DNA of 64,000 nucleotides from Octopus sinensis (lineage: Eukaryota), in NCBI RefSeq assembly GCF_006345805.1, contig NC_042998.1, forward strand, positions 164,424,001-164,488,000, in the 5' to 3' direction. Below are positions 53,310-64,000 of the stretch, in pieces. A program made the translations under genes and the position numbers. The notes under the pieces were generated by a model, which was not told the DNA's origin, searched no databases, and saw only the letters and a list, made by a program, of their open reading frames with translations. How positions within the stretch are numbered: the first letter of the stretch is position 1; the number at the start of each line of letters is the position of its first letter.

Positions 53310-53555
53310 TCTGCGCACACCTATAAATGCCGTGTAAGCCATACGGTCTGCAAATCTAACGGCAGCCTCAGAAGACATTTTGAGATCCACAAAGATAAGA
53401 ATTTAACTGCAGCTCATGGTGGTCCAAATGAGATATGCAATCTATGTGGGTGTCGTTTCAATATATAGTCTGGTTTAAAAAGCCACATCAGACTCCATGA
53501 TGGATCTAGGGTGTAAATGCACGAAGCTGTCAGACTATGCATATGGAATAGACAA
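53310..53555 (+). mobile_element. Decayed C2H2-like zinc-finger pair, likely an RTE LINE C-terminus
   Basis: YKCRVSHTVCKSNGSLRRHFEIH..ICNLCGCRFNI*SGLKSHIRLH, with an internal stop and flanked by microsatellites. Confidence 0.55.
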
Positions 53556-53680
53556 CCACCACACACAAACATATATATATATAATTTTATTTTAATTCTC
53601 TCGCAGGAAGGCTTAGTTAACGAGTGTCCTGTCTCGCCTTCGAAACACGCCTGAGTTAACTAGCGATAGCTGATAACGGT

Positions 53681-53830
53681 GGATTTTCCCTTGTGTAGCA
53701 TGTCCTGTACTTGTTTTCTTGTTGTAAATAATTTTTGGATTTTTCCTTGTGTAGCCTGTCCTGTACTTGTTTTCTTGTTGTAAAAAATTTTTGGATTTTT
53801 CCTTGTGTAGCCTGTCCTGTACTTGTCGTA
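53681..53830. repeat. 56-bp tandem repeat (~2.7 copies)
   Basis: GGATTTT(T/C)CCTTGTGTAGC.TGTCCTGTACTTGT at 53681, 53737 and 53793. Confidence 0.9.
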
Positions 53831-53992
53831 AAATTTTTGTTTTTCCCGTTTCTACGTCTTGTTGTGGCGTCCTGTACTTACGTATATTTATTTATATGTG
53901 CATGTATATATACATGTAGATGTAGGTACGTACATATATGTTTGCATGTATGCTTATATTTTTATTTATCACATATATATTTATATATATAT

Positions 53993-54153
53993 AGGGCTTC
54001 TTTCAGTTTCCGTCTACGAAATCCGGCCACTAGGCTTTGGTCGGGCCGAGGCTATAGCAGAAGACACTAGCCTAAGGTGCCACGCAGTGAGACTGAACAT
54101 GGAACCATGTGGTTGGAAAACAAGCTTTTTACCAAGCAGCCACACCTGCTCCT
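53993..54153 (-). mobile_element. SINE family B 5' half
   Basis: GGGCTTCTTTCAGTTTCCGTCTAC..AAGGTGCCACGCAGTG..GGAACCATGTGGTTGG. Confidence 0.8.
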
Positions 54154-54646
54154 ACATTAAAAACACATTAATTCGCAAACACCAAGAAAGTGCAGTCAAG
54201 TTTCATCATTAAACCGACATTCAATCTGACCAAAAAAGAAGGCTTGGAACAGTATTTTCCAACGACAAACAGGCTTTGGAAATTTTTTTAATATGAGAGG
54301 AATTTAGCTGTTATTTCTAGCAGGACTGAACAACCACACTTAGGTTACACCACCGTTCTTGCAACGTGAAAAGTAATGTAATATAGATATAATCAATTCC
54401 GTATTCTCATATGTCGTTGACACTGACCAATTTATGCAGTAAATGCCCGTATATAATCCGGTGACTGGATGACGGGGGCATATCTTTCTCGGTATGAAGT
54501 GATATATAACGTTACTTCATCGAAGATAAACAAAGTTTCATTGTTTAGAATGATATCGTTAACCATCTTTTCTAGATAAGCACGCAAAGCTTAATCTTCT
54601 GTTGCTAGGCAATGTGTTACCTTCAATGCAAGCTGGAACGAAACTC

Positions 54647-54667
54647 TGTGTGTGTGCGAGTGTGTGT

Positions 54668-54715
<48 letters not shown>

Positions 54716-54966
54716 ATGGGTGGGTATGGTCGTGTGTGTGTGTGTACACACTTTAAACACATACTTGCATATTTTTATATTTACATATAAGCACACATAT
54801 ATACATACCTACATATATATATACATAGATACATGTGTATATATATATGTGTGTGTATGTGTGTGTATGTGCATGTATATATACATATATGGGTTTATTA
54901 CCATACACATGCAGCATACGTGCATAGATCACACAGGAATTTATATGTCCATGCTTTCATATATAT

Positions 54967-55047
<81 letters not shown>

Positions 55048-55810
55048 ATATATATATATATATACAACACACATATATATATATGTGTATTTATATATGC
55101 ACATACATACATATAAACACATATACGTATGTATGTATATATATATATACATACATACATGCATGCATACAAATATACATACATAAGTATGAATCCATGC
55201 ATTTTGATATATACACACATGTATATACATATAGGCAAATATATATATATATGTATGTATGTATGTATATACTTAAATACATATCTGCTTATATATATAT
55301 GCATATATGTATCTGTGCATGTGTACATGTAAACATCTATAAGTGTTTTTCGATGTGTATGTGTGTAAGTTGACACCACATAAAATATATGAACATGAAT
55401 GTTTCGGTGTGTTTTCGGTAACAAAAATAGCTCTTCTACGATGTAATTGTTTTACACACACACACACACACACACACCACACACACACACACACATTCAC
55501 ACATTCTATTTCCCTCCCCTGACATATATACACACAAACATACACATACACCTATTATTCGTGTCTATATATACAAATATATATATATGTACGTATGTAT
55601 GCATCTATGTATGTATACTTATACAAATATATACATATATATATATATATATATAATATATATATATGTACATACATATATATATATATTATATATATAT
55701 ATATGTACATACATATAGAAACATACACGCACATATCTATTCATATAGTATGCATATACAATGTATATATATACTTAGCTATTCATCTAAGTATGCATAT
55801 ACAATGTGTG

Positions 55811-55868
<58 letters not shown>

Positions 55869-55872
55869 ATAA
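54647..55872. repeat. Compound TG/TA/TACA microsatellite field
   Basis: Direct inspection. Confidence 0.9.
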
Positions 55873-55888
55873 AGAACGCAAGTGGGGT

Positions 55889-56127
55889 TTAAAATCTACT
55901 ACAGCTGTTTCGGTAGCCTTTTATTGGTGCGCTTTTAGATGACTTCATATTAAAATCAAACCATCATCATATAGATTTTAAGATTACTTGTTTATCATGA
56001 GTGTTGGTGAATGGGTTATTATCTGATTTTATTTTGCCTGTTTATGTGCTTAAAATGTACCTGTGGGCGTTTGCTATGATGTAATCTATGAATGTATCAA
56101 TAAACTGCTACCGAAATACCTGTAGTA
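55889..56127. repeat. Palindromic hammerhead-derived element
   Basis: Minus strand: TTAAAATCTAT-ATGATGA...GAAAC-AGCT-GTA|GTAGATTTTAA, with an 11-bp stem I and C3>A. An inverted copy GCTACCGAAATACCTGTAGTA lies at 56107-56127. Confidence 0.6.
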
Positions 56128-56346
56128 TATTATGTATCAAGCATGTGCTCGCGTGCACGCGCGTGCGTAGTTACATACCTATACAATGCTACCAACAAGT
56201 TTCAACTGATGGTTGTTTTTCCTCACTCAGAGTTCAATACTAAGTTACTAAGTACGCAGCCAGTCCATGCGTCCTACTAGTTGATATGCCTAGATTCCAA
56301 CGAGCCCTGCACCTAATCAATGCATACACACAGATATATATATATA

Positions 56347-56377
<31 letters not shown>

Positions 56378-56544
56378 TATGTGTGTGTGTGTGCGTGCGT
56401 GCGTGTGTGTGTGTATGGGTACAAATAACACGGAAAAAAATAAATAGTTACCAGCGTAGCAAAAATTCACATAAGTACCAAGGATGTTACAGCCTACTTA
56501 TAAAGAGAGAAATGCCAGGGTTTAGTTAAATGTTTTTGTATAAC

Positions 56545-56757
56545 AGATAAATGGAGTTAAACGCAGGTGTTATTCAAATCTTTCTACTTCCGACATATAT
56601 TTCAAAGAAAACATTGGTATTATTCCAGAGGGAATAAATTAATGTAAAACAATGCGATCTTCCCATCGGGGAAAAGACGTGAATCAAAACACATCTTCGA
56701 AACATATGTAGGAAGTATAAAGATTTCAATAACACCTGCATTTATCTCCATTTATCT
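56545..56757. repeat. Palindromic element with ~64-bp arms, each carrying a hammerhead stem-III motif
   Basis: 56545-56608 is an imperfect inverted copy of 56694-56757. Plus strand GAAAC-ATAT-GTA|GGAAG; minus strand GAAAT-ATAT-GTC|GGAAG. Confidence 0.7.
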
Positions 56758-56787
56758 CCATTTATATATATATATATATATATAATA

Positions 56788-56847
<60 letters not shown>

Positions 56848-57771
56848 ACAAATGATAGAAACGGAAAGTGAAATGTACAAGAAGCTTTATTGCCCACAAC
56901 GATCGTTTCGATCCATCCTGCATCGATCGATTGCGTGTGGGATACTGCACTTCGGGGTTATGATCCCTGGAAAAGGGGATCATAACTCCAAAATATAGAA
57001 ATATAAAGTAAGTATCCAACTTCGTTTTGTCTTATTTACGTAATTTACCTTTACTTTATACTTCATCTTGTTCCAACCTTGCCTAGCCAGTATCTTTAAT
57101 GTAATATCATTCACCGTAACTATTCTATATGAATTTCATAATGTAGACGTTAATGTGCTCCGTGAGAAAAAAAAAAGGAGGGTCTGTCATGGCTGGAATG
57201 CCTTTGAACATAGATCTACTTGATCGGCGTTAATCTGGAGCCCAGCAACAAGTTCATTGTTGTTGTTGTTGCTGTTGCTATTGTTGTTGTTGTTGTCGTC
57301 GTCGTTGTTGCTGCTGCTGCTACCTCTGCTGTCATCGTCGTCGTCGTAGTCGTCTTCGTTGTCGTCGTCGTCGTCTTTGAGCTACGGTCCCTTTGAATCA
57401 TTTCGCATCTACTACACACTGCTGACACAAATGCCGAAATATTTGACGTTGCGAATTGCTTGTTTAAGTTAATCTCTTCACCTTCCCCTGTGTCTATGAC
57501 TGACGCGCCATCAGCTAACAATGACGTTTTCACGCTTTAAGCTAGGAGAAATAGCAGCCAAATCTCCCACACTACACCTTTTCTTTTTTCTTTAAAAAAG
57601 GGTAGGTGTTAAAAGATGAAAGACATTGGATAATATAGTTCTAGATACACCAAACTCGATAAGGTGTCACTTGGACCTAAGACGACAACAGTAACAGTAA
57701 CATGCAGTACGGCGTTTCCGTAGACCTGATGAAACATAACATTTTCTCATTGCATTATCTGATCAAGGTAA

Positions 57772-57986
57772 GTATAAAGTAAGTAAAGTGACCTTCTCAT
57801 AGGGCCGGTTTCCCGGTTTCCCGGTTTCCATGGGGTAAATGCTGCCCACCTGGACGGGACGCCAGTCCATCGTAGGTTTACTCATTTTTGTCAGCCGAGT
57901 GGATTGGAGTAACGTGAAATGAAGAGTCTTGCTCAAGAACACAACGCGTCGCCCGGTCCAAGAATCGAAACCACAATCTTACGATC
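57772..57986 (-). mobile_element. SINE family C
   Basis: GGGCCGGTTTCCCGGTTTC..GGACGGGACGCCAGTCC..GCTCAAGAACACAACGCGTCGCCCGGTCC. Confidence 0.8.
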
Positions 57987-58579
57987 ATATATAGATATCT
58001 GTCTCTGGCATTTTGTTCTTTTTCATCTTTTACTTCTTTCAATCAATAGTCTGCGGCCATGCGGAAGCACCGACTTGAAGAATCTTACTCGAAAGAATCA
58101 ACACCAATACTTTTTTAAGGCCGGTACTTATTCTATGCTGTTGTTTTTCTGTTAAATTGAACCACTAGATCACAGGGACGTAAATATGGCAACACCGATT
58201 GTCAAGTAATGTAGGACAAACACAGACACAATCCCCCACCTATATATATATATATATATATAAAGAAGCCCTTCGTGTAATCAGCCGAAATTGCTAAGAT
58301 GATCTGGTTCTTGACTGATGACTGAGGGCTTCGAATGTCCCGTCCTGTGGTTCTTGTGTCGTCTCTGTGGTGTTTCATGTTCTTGTCCATGTCTGTAATT
58401 ATTTTTACTGTTACCTATATATATATATATATATTATATATATATATATATATATAAAGAAGCCCTTCGTGTATGTATGTATGTATGTATGTATGTATGA
58501 TGTATGTATGTATGTATGTGTATATATATATATATTATATATATATATATATATATAACCGGTAAATCTACAAGATTTT

Positions 58580-58747
58580 TAAAATTCTCTCTCTGTTTAT
58601 TTCCTCGTGTTCCTTTCTGTTGAAGAGCATAGGCTCGAAACATAAAAGACTTTCTCTCCTTTCCGACCGTCAAACTAATACACCTGCTTGTTATACACCT
58701 GTTTATACACCTGTCTTCGTCTTTTATTTTTCTGCAAATTTAAACTA
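58580..58747 (+). mobile_element. Solo terminal repeat of the Penelope-like family at 42778-44190
   Basis: CTTTCTGTTGAAGAGCATAGGCTCGAAACATAAAAGACTTT..CGTCAAACTAA..CACCTGTCTTCGTC matches 42780-42930 (minus) and 37950-38060. Ends in a microsatellite. Confidence 0.7.
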
Positions 58748-58790
58748 CACACACACACACACACACACATACACACACACACACACACAT

Positions 58791-58824
<34 letters not shown>

Positions 58825-60074
58825 TTATACATAGAGAGAGAGAGAGATACGAAGGGCTTCTTTTCAGTTTTTGTTTCTGTCTACCGAATCCAATTACAGG
58901 GTTTTGCCTCAGGTGTCACGTAATAAAACTGAACGTGGAACCATATGGTTGGGAAGCAGACTTCTTAGAGCTACTCTTGTCTTTCTTTTTTCTTTTTTCA
59001 TTCCCCATTACAGCCTCGACCAAATAGACTCATAGGGAGAAGCGTTCTAACCATATAACTATTATACTTAAAGCTGCATGATTCAATATGCACCCTTAAA
59101 AGAAAAACGATAGACTATTATTCAGAGGACTTTCGTTGCTATTTCTAGCTTGTCGATCACGTAGGCACCTTACCAGTTTATTGTATGTGTATATTTGCAT
59201 ATGAATGATTGTGTTTGTCTATGTATTAGACGCTTGTGTGTATATGTGTGTATGCGTGAGAACGTGTGCTTATGCGGGTATGCGAGTTTGTCTAGCGTCA
59301 TGTCGACGCATATACGTATTTGTGCATAACTACTTCTATATGCTTGTGTATCAACTTATTTCTCTGTACTTCAATGCGTATGTGTTTGTCTCTGTACGTG
59401 GATATGTCTGTATGTGAATATATGAATGCATATGTGTATATGTCTGTGTATGTATTATATATACATGTATGTATGCGTACTTAGAATCTGTTTGCTTGCT
59501 CTCCTTTTGTGAGGTGTGTGTGTAATTGTGAATAGCTTTGTATCTGTGTGTATATATACATGTGTATGCGAGTTTAATGTGTGACAGTATATTTGTATAT
59601 AATTTAGTTTTACTCTGGGCGACGCATACATCAATAAAAGTGTATGTATATATATATATATATATAAGCAACCATGTCTATGCTAGTATATCTGTATATA
59701 CGAAACGTACGTATTTATATAGAAACACGCATGTATGTATGTATGTATGTATGTATGTATGTATGTATGTATGTATGTATGTATACGTGTATTTATGTGT
59801 GCGTTTAGATATGTGTATAAGTGTATACATTTCCCGGATCGATTAAGCAGTTTTCGCCTAAACTAACAAAGCACACATTAAGATCGATACACAGCCGAAA
59901 GACTGTGTTGACCGAATGCATTCTTCTACAGCAAGGTGTAGCCAAGACGTCCCGTCTTCAGCAAGCCGTGCATTCATTGGAAAGCAACGCGTGGTTGTAG
60001 CGATAATAAATGAATTAGATTCTGAACCAAATGATATTATTGCTACTGCGGTGTAGCCATTATTAACTATAAAA

Positions 60075-60995
60075 GGCTGAACGGCAGATCAGTTGTCGGA
60101 CTAAATCCCTTCTGGTCATTAGTTTTGTATTTCACCGTTATCAGTTCAACTCCCATCCGGCATAACTTTTCCTTTTCATCCGTCGTATAAACCACTATTA
60201 TTATAGTAGACTTCAAGGCGACAAGCTAGCAGAATCGGTAGCACGCCGAACGAAATGCTTAGCGGCATTTCGTCTGTCTTAACGCTCTGAGTTCAAATTT
60301 TGCTGAGGTCGACTTTGCCTTTCATCCCTTCGGGGTCGATAAATTGAGAACCAGTTGCGTACTGCGGTCGAGGCAATCGACTGGCCCCCTTCCCAAAAAT
60401 TTCGGGCCTTGTGCCTAGAGTAGAAAACAACATAAGACTAAACGGCAGATCAGTTGTCGGACTAAATCCCTTCCGGTCAATAGTTTTGTATTTCACCGTT
60501 ATCAGTTCAACTCTCATCCGGCATAACTTTTCCTTTTCATCCGTTGTTTAAACCACTATTATTATAGTAGACATGAAGGCAGCAACCTGGCAGAATCGGT
60601 AGCACGCCGAGCGAAATGCTTCGCGACATTTCGTCTGTCTTAACGTTCTGAGTTCAAATTTTGCTGAGGTCGACTTTACCTTTCATCTTTTCGGGGTTGA
60701 TAAAATAAGTACCACTGGAGTCGATGTCATCATTTTGTTCCCTCCCAGAAATTCCAGGGATTATGCCTATAGTAGAAAGTCTTATCAAAGTAGACTTATT
60801 TGAGGCGGTGGGCTGGCAGGGTTATTACCGTATCGGACAAAGCGCTTAGCGGCATATTTTCTGGTTCTTTACGCTGTGAGTTCAAATGCCGCCGAGGTCA
60901 ACTATACCATTTATCCCTTTGAGTCTATAAAATAAAGCACCATTTCAGACGAGTAGAAGATGTAATCGACTTGCCTGTTCCTTCAAAATTATAAT
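60075..60995 (+). mobile_element. Three SINE family A copies; the first two lie within a ~360-bp tandem duplication
   Basis: AACGGCAGATCAGTTGTCGGACTAAATCCC at ~60080 and ~60441, each followed by a SINE. Confidence 0.85.
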
Positions 60996-61467
60996 AGGCA
61001 CAATGAGCTCAAATAAACACTTCTTTATACAAACATTTTCACTGAGTATAAAATGTTGACCGACAGAAGCAGTAGAGCATCAAGCTAAATTTTGTGATAT
61101 TTATTTCCCGTCTTTTACATTAATGTTCCGTGTTCAAAATCTGAGGAGTGAATATCTTTGTCTTTCATTCTTCCAGAGATCGATAAATGAAGCACCCGTT
61201 GTGTACTATGACAATTAAACTCTCTTCGTGAATTATGCAGCCTTGTAGCTATGTTAGAAATCGGAGCAGATGATTGCAGATTCGGTAGAGTGTTTGATAA
61301 ACTGATATACATTATGTAGTCACGTCGATTCACATTGTGAATTCAAATTCTTCTTTTACGTGCAAATTTCATGGACGTGGCCGCAGAAATTTCACGCTTT
61401 ATAAATGTTTTTGAGGCACATTCTTATAATTTATTTTTATAGAACATTGTAATATTATGTTAATGTA

Positions 61468-61675
61468 AGGCTGGCAGAATCGTTAGAACGCCGGACAAAA
61501 TGCTTAGCGACATTTCGTCCGTCTTTACGTTTTGAGTTCAAATTCTGCCAGGTTCGACTCTGCCTTTCATCCTTTCAGGGTCGATAAAATAAACACCAGT
61601 TGACCACTGGCGTGTATGTAATCGACTAACCTTTTCCCTCAAAATTACTAGCTTTATGCCAAAATTTGAAACCAA
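61468..61675 (+). mobile_element. SINE family A, full length
   Basis: GGCTGGCAGAATCGTTAGAACGCCGG..GAGTTCAAATTC..GCCTTTCATCCTTTC..AAAATTTGAAACC. Confidence 0.85.
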
Positions 61676-61764
61676 TATTACATTTATGAATTTATGTGTT
61701 CGTTGTTGCACCCATAGTTAAAGTTGATTAATGCGCGACATTCGAAGAACACATATCCTGACAA

Positions 61765-61983
61765 CTCTTTACTCTTTACTCTTTTACTTGTTACAGTCAT
61801 TTTGACTGCGGCCATGCTGGAGCACCACCTTTAGTCGAGTAAATCGACCCCAGGACTTTTTTTGTAAGCCTAGTACTTATTCTATCGGTTTCTTATGCCG
61901 AACTACTAATTTACACAGACATAAACACATCAACATTAGTTGTCAAGCAATGGTGGAGGGACAAACACAGCACACACACAAAT

Positions 61984-62024
<41 letters not shown>

Positions 62025-62141
62025 CACGATGGGCTTCTTTTAGTTTCCCTCTACCAAATCCACTCACAAGGCTTTGGTCGGTCCAAGGCTACAGTATAAG
62101 ACACTTGCCCAAGGTGCTTGCCAAGACACTTGCCCAAGGAC

Positions 62142-62203
<62 letters not shown>

Positions 62204-62373
62204 TATATTTTGTAAGCCTAGTACTTATTCTATCGGTCTCTTTTGCCGAACCACTAATGTTACGGGGACGTAAACACACCAGCATCGGTTTTCAAGCGAT
62301 GTTGGGGGGACTAACACAAACACACAAACATAAACACACACACACACACACACACACACCACACACACACACA

Positions 62374-62413
<40 letters not shown>

Positions 62414-62572
62414 GACGGGCTTCTTTCAGTTTCCGTCTACCAAATCTACTCACAAGGCTTTGGTCGGCCCAAGGCTATAGTAGAAGACACTTAACCAAGG
62501 TGCCACGCTGTGGGAGTGAACCCGGAACAGTGTTGGTAAGCAAGCTACTTACCACACAGCCATTCCTGCGCC
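61765..62572 (-). mobile_element. Two adjacent or nested SINE family B copies separated by (TTA)n
   Basis: (CTCTTTA)n tail at 61765, two bodies, and a head ACCACACAGCCATTCCTGCGCCT at 62551-62573. Confidence 0.85.
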
Positions 62573-63086
62573 TGACAAGGAGAAAAATATTAATGGTTAT
62601 TATGAAAATTCTTGAGTATCAGAATTGGTGGAGCCCAAGGGTCATAAGCACTGCATTCAATCGTGACTAAAAGGTTAAAACAATTCGAGTACATGACTCC
62701 AGTGATAAATTTAATTTTTGACTGAAGTAAGCACAGACATAGTTGCGTAGTTGTGTAATTGTATTTTAGCGTAATCTTCAATTGACTTAAAGCTTGTGAA
62801 TGAAATTTGATAGGTGGAAACTATGTGGAATCCCGAGGAAGAAGCTCTTCGATAGTAGACTGAATCAGTCTAACACCACTACCCGGCCTCAGGTAATTTT
62901 AGCAGAACCCACTCTGTTGCAAACATCCGGACCAGTTCTCTCTTTTTTTCCTTTCCTCATGAACAAGGCTATGAATGCAGTAAATTCTCTATTTGCACTA
63001 ACAAATTTTAAGCGTGAAAATGTTGCACTAAATACCAAACAGTCTTCAATCACCTGTTTTACCGTTTCTATGAAACCTATTCTGTT

Positions 63087-63345
63087 GAGGCGCGTGGCTT
63101 AGTGGTTAGGGTGTCAGCACCATGATCGTAAGATTGTGGTTTCGATTCCTGGACCAGGCGACGCGTTGTGTTCTTGAGCAAAACACTTCATTTCACGTTG
63201 CTCCAGTCCTCTCAGCTGGCAAAAGTGAGTAACGCTGCGATGAACTAGGGTCCCGTCCAGCTGGGGAACACATACGCCATTGAAACCGGGAACCGGGCCC
63301 ATGAGCCTGGCTAGTCTTTAAAAGGGCGCATTTATTTATTTTATG
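63087..63345 (+). mobile_element. tRNA-derived CORE-like SINE family C, full length
   Basis: A box TGGCTTAGTGG, B box GGTTTCGATTCC, TGTGTTCTTGAGCAAAACACTT core and a (TTTA)n tail. Confidence 0.88.
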
Positions 63346-64000
63346 CATTTTATTCTATCAATAACAATTATTATTCTGATGAACCTGAAAAAGTAGTTGA
63401 AACGAAATACAGGTAAACTATGATGATAAGCCATAATTGACACATTTCATAAATGCCGATTATGTTCTTGTAAAAGACATAGACATGACACAGTCATCTG
63501 CTCTCTCTGAAATCTATCACTCCATCTCTTTTATAAGATCATTGCTTTTGATACGCCAATTAAAACGAAATTACAAATCTTGCTGGTGTTTTTGTTGCTG
63601 TGGTGCACGTGGTGTTGACGGTAGGGGCCATGGTAATTTTGTTGTTGTTGTTGTTGTTATTGCGTTTGTTATTGTTGTTTTTGTTATTCTTGTTGTGACG
63701 TTGATAGCGAGGTGAAGGAGATGGTAGTTTTCGCTCAATGTAAAATAGAAGCGAAATTAATAGAGATAAGGATTGATTCTGGTTTTATTCCAATCTCTTT
63801 CTTTCGTTTTATTTATTTATTTATTTTTGGAACAGCCTGTAGTTTCCTAGTCATGATGCAATTAGGATTGGTGGTGGTGGTGGTGGTGGGGGTGGTGGTG
63901 GTAGTTGATGGTTGGACTTTTCTCAATGCAAGAGTACAGAACACCTATCGGTATGTAGTACTTGTCAATATATTGATTTATGCAAAAGGTTACACATCTG

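Noticed and set aside
53310-53510. Host C2H2 zinc-finger gene exon
   Set aside because: It has an internal stop, no TGEKP linker and no splice sites; it fits a LINE C-terminus better.
57720-57745. CTGATGAAAC as a hammerhead
   Set aside because: There is no room for stem II and no stem III or cleavage triplet.
63087-63160. tRNA genes at SINE heads
   Set aside because: The A/B boxes continue into SINE body and tail, and there are several decayed dispersed copies.

Overview
This is AT-rich, repeat-saturated animal DNA. It is almost certainly an octopus (Octopodidae) intronic or intergenic region; I infer that from recognising its tRNA-derived SINE families, not from a database search. No complete protein-coding gene is visible, and nearly all ORFs in the track are microsatellite translations. 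The window holds three tRNA-SINE families, RTE-type LINE 3' ends, a Penelope-like (GIY-YIG) element, Tc1/mariner and hAT remnants and MITEs, a complete non-autonomous Helitron, a probable solo LTR, and 45/56/63/81-bp minisatellites. Four structures stand out. (1) A 4.2-kb palindromic array of a ~495-bp unit (16055-20250), where every unit carries a splice-competent, signal-peptide-like phase-1 exon. (2) Many minimal hammerhead-ribozyme motifs next to (TA)n tracts, several arranged as short palindromes with a hammerhead on each strand. (3) SINE multimers that always join at the same internal SINE position. (4) A Tc1 element built from two 3' halves fused head-to-head. Scattered 1-bp indels in the repeats suggest a long-read assembly, so some structures need read-level confirmation.
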